From the NCBI GenBank assembly GCA_040753155.1, contig JBFMEU010000002.1, forward strand, positions 5,633 through 69,632: a DNA stretch of 64,000 nucleotides, in the 5' to 3' direction. The notes below the pieces were generated by a model. That model did not search any database. It saw only the letters and a list, made by a program, of their open reading frames with translations, and was not told the DNA's origin. Of this stretch, positions 56,914 to 64,000 are shown piece after piece (within the stretch, counting starts at the first letter, position 1; each line of letters opens with the position of its first letter). This stretch comes from Bacillota bacterium. GTDB lineage: Bacteria > Bacillota > Desulfotomaculia > Desulfotomaculales > JBFMEU01. The translations under genes were made by a program, and so were the position numbers.

Positions 56914-59900
56914 GTGAAAGGCTTGACTTTACGCAAGCCGGGTATTGTTATAGCTGCGGCGCTGCTGGCAGTTCTGGTTTTCCTCTGGGCCGGGCAAACA
57001 AATTCTTCCGATAAAAATCCGGCCGGCGGGCAGCCCCGGGGCTCTGAAGCCTTGGGCCCCGCCTCCCCCGCCGGCGCCAGGCTGTATACGGTTACCCTGA
57101 AGCGCCAGCCGGCCGGGAAAGAGCTAAATGATTTAGCGGCCAGGGGCAGCTGGCTGGGCACCCTGGCCGAGGACCGGGTTCTGGTTCAGGGGGACGAAGC
57201 CTTCCGCAGCTACTTGACCGGCCGGCCCTTCGTGCAGGAAGTGGCGGAGTATACGGCGGAGCAGAAGCTGCAGGACATCAGTCCGGAAAAAGATTCCCCG
57301 GCCCGGGCCGGCCAACCGCCGGTAAAGGTAATTCTGACCGTGGTTTCACCCGGGGACCGGGGCCGGGTGGCGGAAGAAGTGCTGCGCCTGGGGGGCAAGG
57401 TTATTGACGGCGCCGGGGGTGAAGGCAACGCCCTGCTGGCGGAAGTGCCCCGGGGGCGGCTGACCGAACTGGCGGAATCACCCTGGATCATTTACCTGGA
57501 AGAACACATTCAGCCGTTGCTGCTGAACGACCGGGTCAGAGATCTCACCGGTTCCAGGCCCCTGGCCGTGCCCGGCTTTGTTACATCCGCCGGGCTCACC
57601 GGCAAAGGCCAGAGCATCGGCCTGGCCGACAGCGGCCTGGACCGGGGTACCCTGGACAACATCCACCCGGACCTGCGGGACAACCCCGGCGGCAGCCCGA
57701 AGGTGATCATGCTCAAATCCTGGGTGGGGGCGGACACCCCCGCCGACACCGTGGGCCACGGCACCCACATGGCGGCCACCCTGGTGGGCAGCGGGGCCGC
57801 CTCCGGCGGCAAGTTCGCCGGCCTGGCGCCGGACGCCTCCCTTTTCTTTCAGGGCATCGTGGACCAGCGGGGGCAGGTGCTGCCCCCGGTTAACATAGCC
57901 GACCTGTTCCGCCCCGCCCACGCCATCGGCGCCCGGATCCACGTCAACGGCTGGGGCCGGCCCGGCAACCGCTACGGCACCGTGTCCGCCCAGGTGGACG
58001 GCTTTATCAGGGACAACCCCGGGTTTGTGGCCATCTTCGGGGCCGGCAACGACGGTCCCCAAAGCGGCAGCCTGACCCTGGAGGCCAACAGTAAAAACGC
58101 CCTGGTGGCGGGGTCCTCCCCCGTCCCCGGGCCGGCTTTTAACGGCGGCGCCCCGGATCTCGCAGCCCCGGTGGAGTTCTCCAGCCGGGGGCCGGCGGGG
58201 GACGGCCGGATCAAGCCCGACCTCCTTGCCCCGGGTGATGCTGTGATCTCAGCCGCCTCCGGCCTGCTGGAGGGGAACCTGCCGGATCTGCCGCAATACA
58301 CCATGCTGCAGGGCACCAGCATGTCCTCGGCGGTGCTGGGGGGGGCGGCGGCCCAGCTGCGCCAGTACCTGGCGGAAAGTAAAAGCCTGGCCGCTCCGTC
58401 GGCGGCCCTGGTCAAGGCGCTGCTGATTAACGGCGCCCGCGCCGGCAGCGAAGGACCGGGCCGGGACGGTTTCGGGGTTCTTGACCTGGGCGGTACGGTG
58501 CTGTCCCTGGAAGGGCGGTCAATGACCTTTGAGGACCATAAAAGCGGGCTCCAGACAGGCCGGGCGGCAACCTGGAAGTATGAAGTTGGATCATCAGATG
58601 AGCCTCTCAAGGCAACCCTGGCCTGGACCGATCCCGCCGCCCTGCCCGGGGCCGGCAAGGCCCTGGTAAACGACCTGGACCTTAAAGTAACCGCTCCGGA
58701 CGGGAGTATCTATTTCGGCAATCACTTCCTGAACGGCGGCGGCCCGGACACGGTGAACAACGTGGAGCAGGTATTTATTGCCCATCCCGCCCCGGGCGAA
58801 TATACCATAACAGTTACCGCCAAAACAGTGACCCGGAACGCGTCCGCCGCCGGCGGCCCGGCCCAGGACTTTGCCCTGGCCTTCGGCCAGCCCGTGAGCG
58901 GCGTGGCGGCGGCGGGCAAGGACACCTCCCGGAACACCGTGCAGCTTGAGGACGGCAGGGAAATCAGCCTGGCCGGCCGGCCGGTTAAAACAGTTATCGA
59001 CAACCGGGCCGGCCGGCCGGGCCTGGCGGACATCCATCCCGGTTCCCGGGTCTACCTGACCTCCCAAGGCAGCGCCTACTTTGTAAGCCGGCAGTGGCAG
59101 GCCCGGGGCGTCAAGGCCAGGCAAACCACCGGCGGCCTGCTGTTCACCGGGGCCGGGGCGGCCGGCGCCGGGGGCGGCCACCTGGCGGCGCCCGGTGCCG
59201 GGCGGAATATCAGGATCAATGGAGTTCCCTATCCCGAGGCGGGTCCGTTCCCCCCGGGGGGTGAAATAGCCGCCTGGGTGGACCCCCTGACCCAAAATAT
59301 CTGGCAGGCCAGTGTAAGTTATGAAGTTGCAGAGGGCTTTGTGGCGGAATATAAAGACCAGGCCGTCAAACTGATTAACGATAGCAAGTGGCGGGAACTG
59401 GCCCCGGACGCGGCCATCATCTTTGAAGATACCCCGGTCCACACCGACCCCGCGGACGCGGCCTTTGCCCCGGGTATCCCGGGCGAGTTCAATTCGCTGG
59501 TCCCCGGGGTTGAGGTTAAACTGGTTGCCGGCCCCGGTTCAGGGCCGGTCCAGGCCATCATCCTGGCGCGGGAAGTTGTTTTTAACCAGGTGGAAAGGGT
59601 GGAAGGCAGCCGGATTTTTGTTTCCGGCGGCAAAGAACTCCGGCTTTTCCCCGGAGCAGCTATAAAAAAAGACTTCCAGGAAGCAGCATGGGCTGATATT
59701 TTGCCCGGCGACCACATAGCCGGAATCCTGCTGCCGGACACCGGCTCCATCATCGCCCTCTGGGCTTACACGGATATTGTCTATGGGAACATAAGCTACT
59801 ATAGCGCCGGGGACGACCATCTTTACCTGAACACCCCCGGCGGCGCGCCCCGCATAATCAAGTTGGGCCCGGAAACAAAAATCCGCCGCTGGGGCGCGGA

Positions 59901-61032
59901 GGCGGATAAAAAGGCCCTTTCCGCCGGGGTCTGGGCGCGCGTGGTCATGGCCGCGGGAGAGGAATTCCCCAGGCAGGTGGACCTTGCCGAAACCCTGACC
60001 GGGGAAAGGGAAACTCTGGCCGGGTACGACCCCGGGGCCAAAACAATCATCACCGCCGGCGGCGGGGAATACTCTGTGGGCAAGCTGGCTGTCATCACCA
60101 GGGCCGGCTATCCCATCTTGCCGGAAGATTTGCTGCCGGGGGAGGCGGTGAGTATCTCCAGCATCCTGGGGCCGCAGCCCGCCAGCCGGGCGGTTACCGG
60201 GCTGACGGCCCGGGAAAACGGCGGGCCCCGGCCGGCCCTGACCGTTTCCGCGCTCTGGCAGGAAAACAGCTGCTGGATTACCGGGCATACCACGGGGGCC
60301 AGGCTCTACCTGTGGGAGGGCAGCCGCCTGGCTAAAAAAGTGAGCCTGGCCCCCGACGGCCGCTTCGCCCTGGAATACCGGCCGGACGGCAGCGGAGCTC
60401 CCGTTGCCCTGGTGGCGGCGGGCGACAGCGGCTCCGTGGCCGGGGTTAACCTGGAACTCAGGGGCATGACCAGCGGCCCTGAACTAAGGGACATAGGCGC
60501 CCACTGGGCCGGGCCGGACTTGCGGGCCATGGCCCAAGAAGGCCTGGTGGCAGGCTTTCCCGGCGGCGTCTTCCGGCCCGGACAGCCGGTGACCAGGGCC
60601 GAGTTCACGGTTTTCCTGGCCCGGGCCTTTGGCTGGTACGGGGCGGCTGCAGACGAACCAAAGTTTAAGGATGAAGGGCAAATCCCTGCCTGGGCCGGGC
60701 AATCCATAGCCGGGGCCTCGGCCAGGGGCATCGTGGCCGGCTACCCCGACGGCAGTTTCAGGCCGGGGGCGCCCCTAACCAGGGAGGAACAGTGCGTCAT
60801 CCTGGACAGGGTGAGCCGGGAGTTCAACCTGGACACCGGAGAACAGGGGCCGGCGCCCTTTGCCGACCGGGCCGCCATCGCCCCCTGGGCACTGGCCGGG
60901 GCGGACAGCGCCTATCACCTGGGGATTATGGTGGGCAAGGACGGGAACCTGTTCAGGCCGGACAGCCGGTCAACCAGGGCTGAAACTGCTGTGGCCGTCT
61001 ACCGCCTCCTCAACCTGGTCCGCCGGCAGTGA
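56914..61032 (+). CDS. Large secreted S8 (subtilisin-family) peptidase with C-terminal SLH cell-wall anchoring repeats
   Basis: Catalytic-triad contexts GLADSGLD, HGTHMAATLVG and GTSMSSAVLGG. The C-terminus has 3 SLH-like repeats (HWAGPDLRAMAQEGLVAGFPGGVFRPGQPVTRAEF ...). 1372 aa. Confidence 0.85.
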   Translation: MKGLTLRKPGIVIAAALLAVLVFLWAGQTNSSDKNPAGGQPRGSEALGPASPAGARLYTVTLKRQPAGKELNDLAARGSWLGTLAEDRVLVQGDEAFRSYLTGRPFVQEVAEYTAEQKLQDISPEKDSPARAGQPPVKVILTVVSPGDRGRVAEEVLRLGGKVIDGAGGEGNALLAEVPRGRLTELAESPWIIYLEEHIQPLLLNDRVRDLTGSRPLAVPGFVTSAGLTGKGQSIGLADSGLDRGTLDNIHPDLRDNPGGSPKVIMLKSWVGADTPADTVGHGTHMAATLVGSGAASGGKFAGLAPDASLFFQGIVDQRGQVLPPVNIADLFRPAHAIGARIHVNGWGRPGNRYGTVSAQVDGFIRDNPGFVAIFGAGNDGPQSGSLTLEANSKNALVAGSSPVPGPAFNGGAPDLAAPVEFSSRGPAGDGRIKPDLLAPGDAVISAASGLLEGNLPDLPQYTMLQGTSMSSAVLGGAAAQLRQYLAESKSLAAPSAALVKALLINGARAGSEGPGRDGFGVLDLGGTVLSLEGRSMTFEDHKSGLQTGRAATWKYEVGSSDEPLKATLAWTDPAALPGAGKALVNDLDLKVTAPDGSIYFGNHFLNGGGPDTVNNVEQVFIAHPAPGEYTITVTAKTVTRNASAAGGPAQDFALAFGQPVSGVAAAGKDTSRNTVQLEDGREISLAGRPVKTVIDNRAGRPGLADIHPGSRVYLTSQGSAYFVSRQWQARGVKARQTTGGLLFTGAGAAGAGGGHLAAPGAGRNIRINGVPYPEAGPFPPGGEIAAWVDPLTQNIWQASVSYEVAEGFVAEYKDQAVKLINDSKWRELAPDAAIIFEDTPVHTDPADAAFAPGIPGEFNSLVPGVEVKLVAGPGSGPVQAIILAREVVFNQVERVEGSRIFVSGGKELRLFPGAAIKKDFQEAAWADILPGDHIAGILLPDTGSIIALWAYTDIVYGNISYYSAGDDHLYLNTPGGAPRIIKLGPETKIRRWGAEADKKALSAGVWARVVMAAGEEFPRQVDLAETLTGERETLAGYDPGAKTIITAGGGEYSVGKLAVITRAGYPILPEDLLPGEAVSISSILGPQPASRAVTGLTARENGGPRPALTVSALWQENSCWITGHTTGARLYLWEGSRLAKKVSLAPDGRFALEYRPDGSGAPVALVAAGDSGSVAGVNLELRGMTSGPELRDIGAHWAGPDLRAMAQEGLVAGFPGGVFRPGQPVTRAEFTVFLARAFGWYGAAADEPKFKDEGQIPAWAGQSIAGASARGIVAGYPDGSFRPGAPLTREEQCVILDRVSREFNLDTGEQGPAPFADRAAIAPWALAGADSAYHLGIMVGKDGNLFRPDSRSTRAETAVAVYRLLNLVRRQ

Positions 61033-61094
61033 GTCAGTGGGGACGGTTCTTGCTGACTCTCTGAGTCAGCAAGAACCGTCCCCACTGACTCACC
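61030..61094. repeat. D palindrome D7, overlapping the protease stop codon
   Basis: gtgagtcagtggggacggttcttgctgactc-tct-gagtcagcaagaaccgtccccactgactcac. Confidence 0.9.
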
Positions 61095-61203
61095 CAAAAG
61101 GAGCGGCAATTGCCGCTCCTTGCTACTATTTTCGCCTTGTGAAAAAGGTGCCTGTCCCACTGTAATGCGGAAATCAGACAGTATGATTTATCTCAAGTTA
61201 TTT

Positions 61204-62097
61204 TTAATTTAGTTCCGCCTTTAGCGTACGAATGGTCTCTTGGTCCAAGCCGGTGATTTCAGCAACCAGTTCTTCCGGCAAGCCCTTTTTCAGGGCCGCC
61301 CTGGCGGTATCCAGCCGTCCTTCTTTAATGCCTTCTTTAATGCCTTCTTTAATGCCTTCCTTAATACCTTCTTTAATGCCTTCCTTAATACCTTCTTTAA
61401 TGCCTTCTTCCCTGATCCACTGTTCGATCTGGGTCATTCTCAACACCTCCAGGAGCCTTTTTTTGTAGTTTTCGGACATGAAACGGTCGGTCACGGCCAC
61501 CAGCGCGCCGATGACGAATGTTTTAAATTCCCCTTCCATGTTCTTTGCCAGTTCGGCCGCCTGGATCGCCATCTCTTCTTCGGTAAAACTGCTTTTCATC
61601 AGGGGCAGGAAGATCAGCTTTAATATTTCTTCTTCGTTAAGCGGCTCTTTCTTTTCGATCTTTTCGTGCAGTTTGCGGTATTCTTCGTCTCCGTTATATT
61701 CTTTCATGTAGACGTTGGTTACTTTGTAGGAGATGGAGCCTCTTGCCAGGCTGTCCGGAGCTTTTTCGATCCTTCCGGAGTAAACCACGGCGGTGTTCAC
61801 ATCCCGGTAGTCTTTGTTGATCAGCCTGGCGTCGTAAAGGGCAAAGCGCTTTAACGCTTCTCCGGCAACCTTGGTCATAAACTCCAGGTGCAAAAGGGTG
61901 TTGTCTTCAAGCAGGAAGATATAGTCGGTCCGGTTTTCTTTTATTTCCACAACGGGCAGGACAGTGGGGATCACTGCCGTTATCCTGGGGGTGTTCAGGC
62001 CGAATATCTTCAGTGTTCTGTCCTTGAATATTTCGACCACTGCTTTCATGATAACGTCGTTTGCCTGCCTGGTTACCTCCGCTTCCAATACCAGCAC
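61204..62097 (-). CDS. Rpn-family recombination-promoting nuclease / putative transposase (PD-(D/E)xK, YhgA-like)
   Basis: DVIMKAVVEIFKDRTLKIFGL...EIKENRTDYIFLLEDNTLLHLEFM fits the Rpn/YhgA core pattern. The C-terminal part has the (EGIK)n repeat. Confidence 0.65.
   Translation of the reverse strand: MLVLEAEVTRQANDVIMKAVVEIFKDRTLKIFGLNTPRITAVIPTVLPVVEIKENRTDYIFLLEDNTLLHLEFMTKVAGEALKRFALYDARLINKDYRDVNTAVVYSGRIEKAPDSLARGSISYKVTNVYMKEYNGDEEYRKLHEKIEKKEPLNEEEILKLIFLPLMKSSFTEEEMAIQAAELAKNMEGEFKTFVIGALVAVTDRFMSENYKKRLLEVLRMTQIEQWIREEGIKEGIKEGIKEGIKEGIKEGIKEGIKEGRLDTARAALKKGLPEELVAEITGLDQETIRTLKAELN
61321..61408. repeat. 12-nt tandem repeat (ttctttaatgcc/ttccttaatacc, ~7 units) encoding (EGIK)n in the Rpn gene
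   Basis: The repeat is read directly from the sequence. The translation is REEGIKEGIKEGIKEGIKEGIKEGIKEGIKEGR. Confidence 0.9.
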
Positions 62098-62249
62098 CTT
62101 CTTTTGGGACTATTATACAGCATTCGTCAGTGTGTGTGAAGGGGTGACCAATTATTCGACCGAGTTCGGATTCAAGAAATAAGTACAATGAGATCTCTGC
62201 GCGCCATTCCCTGGTTGTACCAATTTTTAAGAGCAATTAATAGCAAGCA

Positions 62250-62278
62250 TTGACATTATATATGACATTGAATACAAT
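62250..62278 (+). promoter_or_regulatory. Promoter with TGACAT repeats upstream of hicB
   Basis: TTGACA 62250-62255, 17-nt spacer, TACAAT 62273-62278. tgacatt occurs twice in direct orientation and once inverted (aatgtca). Confidence 0.5.
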
Positions 62279-62384
62279 GTCAGTGTGGGGGTGTTCAGGT
62301 TATGTCTTGCAAAAGTAAAATAATATAATTTCCTGATAAATACTTAGAATAACTTTCTTAATAGTGATACAGGAGGGATTTGCA

Positions 62385-62741
62385 TTGAATAAAGATCTTA
62401 ATTATTATTTAAAACTTAATTATCCGTTCAATGTTCGGCATGATACTGATGATGGTGGGTTCATTGTTGAGTTTCCTGATCTTCGTTATTGTGTAGGAAC
62501 GGGAGATACAATTGAGGAAGCTATAAAAGATGGCATGATTGCCAAGAACGAATGGATTAAAGCCGCTTATGAAGCTGGGATAAACATTCAGGAACCCGGT
62601 AAAAATGAAGATTATAATGGCCGCCTTACCTTGAGAATTCCTAAGAGCTTGCATAGAATGGTTGCTGAGGCAGCGAAAAAGGAAGGGGTTAGTGCAAATC
62701 AGTATTTATCCCACTTGATTAGTATGGGGATCAGGAAATAA
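62385..62741 (+). CDS. hicB: HicB-family antitoxin (RNase H-like fold N-terminus plus RHH C-terminus), no adjacent HicA
   Basis: YPFNVRHDTDDGGFIVEFPDLRYCVGTGDTIEEAIKDG...RLTLRIPKSLHRMVAEAAKKEGVSANQYLSHLI. SD caggaggg precedes TTG 62385. Confidence 0.8.
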   Translation: MNKDLNYYLKLNYPFNVRHDTDDGGFIVEFPDLRYCVGTGDTIEEAIKDGMIAKNEWIKAAYEAGINIQEPGKNEDYNGRLTLRIPKSLHRMVAEAAKKEGVSANQYLSHLISMGIRK

Positions 62742-62822
62742 TATATGATTCCACTGCAAAAATACTGTCAAGTTATAAAGACGTAAGATAAAACCATCTG
62801 AAACCAAAGGAGTATAAGAGCC

Positions 62823-62960
62823 ATGCCGGAGAAAACATACACAATAGAAGAAATCAGAGCTATTGTGACACCCATTGCGCAGAAATATGGAGTTGAGCGT
62901 GTCTATCTGTTGAAAAAAATAACAAAAACCGTTTACTCAAACACCTGTTCTATTGTATAA
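62823..62960 (+). pseudogene. N-terminal fragment of a nucleotidyltransferase (MNT-type antitoxin) gene
   Basis: MPEKTYTIEEIRAIVTPIAQKYGVERVYL matches the MNT N-terminus up to the point where the GS/GSxxRG motif should follow. The sequence then diverges and stops after 45 codons. Confidence 0.5.
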
Positions 62961-63019
62961 TAGTAACAGGAGGTGGTGGCGGCTCATGAAAACTAAGTAA
63001 ATAAGAAGAAAGGAAAAAG

Positions 63020-63235
63020 GTTTCTTGGCAGTCACATCCGATGATGCGTCGCAAAGACACGTTGTGAAAGTCGGGCGCGGAGGTTAGAACAACCAGGCGG
63101 TGGGTAACACCCCCTTCCGGGCAGCACTGTAAAACCAGGCGGTATTTCTGCCACCCGGAACACAGGCGAAAGCCTGTGGCTGAGCAGTTGAATCCTGTGA
63201 CACTGCCTCCCGTTAGTCGGCGGGAGAGAAAACTA
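63020..63235 (+). ncRNA. Candidate structured RNA (weak cobalamin-riboswitch-like strings); orphan
   Basis: GNRA hairpin cacaggc-gaaa-gcctgtg. ctcccg...cgggag hairpin. Strings ggttagaac, ggtgggtaacacc, gcagcactgtaaa, gccacccgg and cctgtgacactgcc. No credible downstream ORF. Confidence 0.25.
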
Positions 63236-63321
63236 AATATATCTGGATTATCCTGTATAAATCAGATTTGTTTAGTTTTTAGAAGCCAGGAAGTGCTTCT
63301 TTATGCACAATCAGCAAAACA

Positions 63322-63346
63322 AAAGGAGCGGCAATTGCCGCTCCTT
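63322..63346. terminator. Hairpin ggagcggcaattgccgctcc (also present at 61097-61121)
   Basis: Perfect 8-bp stem flanked by A-run and T-rich sequence. It directly follows the stop of the minus-strand gene at 63346. Confidence 0.6.
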
Positions 63347-64000
63347 TATTCTTCCAGCCATAAAACTATGGTGTAATTATCCGCTTCCCCGGTCCAATTA
63401 TTCAACTGCTCACGGGCCGCCGCAATCTGGCCGTCCAGGTCTGTCGCCCCCGACTCCTTAAGGCTAAGCAACTCATTATGCCTGTCGGCCAACTCCCTGT
63501 ACTGGGCCGTCTTATTCTGCCGCTCGTGCTGCCGGTCCAGCTCCGTCCCCAGCCCCGCCAGTCCCGCCAGCAGTCCCGGGGCATTGCTCTTGGGCACAGT
63601 TATGTGGACAATGTGCACCACCTTATCGTTATGGTTCTGGCTGCCCAGCGGCTGGGCATTCCCGCCGTAGCTCCCGGCCAGGCTCAGCGCCCTCTGGCGG
63701 GCCTCATCCGCCGAGTTTACCGCTACCTTGAGGATTGAACTCTCAATGACAATTTCACCAGTGTTGTGATTCAGCAGTACCGCCGGTTCCCCGTCGGCCC
63801 CCGTTGCCGCGCCGGCCCCGCTGGCAGCGGCGGCCGTGCCGGTATTGCCGGCTGCCGGCTTACTGTCCCCGTTTGCCGGCGCCGCCGGAGACCCCGCCGG
63901 GGCGTTGTCATTTGTTTCCGGCTCCGGTGGAGCTTCAGCAGGGGCTGCTTTCTCCGGGCCGGTGCCACCCCCGTTATTTACAACAACCTCATAGCGCTGC
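63346..64000 (-). CDS. Hypothetical protein, 3' part (5' end outside window); Ala/Pro/Gly-rich linker then a conserved-looking C-terminal domain
   Basis: My own translation of the minus strand is open from 63999 to the stop at 63346: QRYEVVVNNGGGTGPEKAAPAEAPPEPE...VLLNHNTGEIVIESSILKVAVNSADEARQRAL...DKVVHIVHITVPKSN...TIVLWLEE*. The ORF track shows only 63346-63621. Confidence 0.5.
   Translation of the reverse strand, partial: QRYEVVVNNGGGTGPEKAAPAEAPPEPETNDNAPAGSPAAPANGDSKPAAGNTGTAAAASGAGAATGADGEPAVLLNHNTGEIVIESSILKVAVNSADEARQRALSLAGSYGGNAQPLGSQNHNDKVVHIVHITVPKSNAPGLLAGLAGLGTELDRQHERQNKTAQYRELADRHNELLSLKESGATDLDGQIAAAREQLNNWTGEADNYTIVLWLEE

Overview
This 64-kb window is chromosomal DNA from a high-GC, spore-forming Firmicute. 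It looks Clostridia/Desulfotomaculum-like, judged from spoIID, spoIIQ, spoIIID and mbl, SLH-domain proteins and a tRNASec-like tRNA; that placement is inference, not a database hit. The backbone matches the conserved Firmicute neighbourhood: proB', nadD, rsfS, leuS, hisG, rpmE-prfA-prmC, zur-znuACB, sua5/tsaC-mntP-ywlE-rpiB-glyA, comEB, wecB, the nine-gene atp operon, murA-spoIID-spoIIQ, spoIIID-mreB, and a large S8/SLH protease.

The unusual content lies between and inside these genes.

(1) A 97-nt tRNA has selenocysteine-tRNA architecture but cysteine identity (anticodon GCA, discriminator U73). It sits directly upstream of yedE-yedF.

(2) At least five interspersed repeat families are present:
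- H elements are remnants of a four-helix-bundle (23S rRNA intervening-sequence protein family) gene, enclosed by inverted arrays of the heptamer GGAGTCA. There are about 11 copies.
- A elements are about 135 nt with two hairpins. There are six copies. One sits in frame inside a dynamin-like GTPase gene and one is nested in an H element next to a recognisable unoccupied-looking site.
- C elements are mosaic GGGGACA-hairpin elements. There are five copies, all co-oriented with and just upstream of + strand genes.
- D palindromes are 55-65 bp and overlap stop codons.
- E is a repeated terminator family.
- A, C and H junctions share the hexamer TTTATC/GATAAA.

(3) Small accessory islands and decayed defence or toxin-antitoxin genes are scattered through the window. 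These include vapBC, an AbiEii pseudogene, orphan hicB, an MNT fragment, an Rpn nuclease, DUF3800 and an AAA/DUF4143 ATPase. There is also an operon with a tandem-GTPase dynamin-like protein and three paralogous coiled-coil proteins.

No CRISPR array, rRNA or intact transposase is visible. All family assignments come from reading motifs in the supplied translations. No searches were run.
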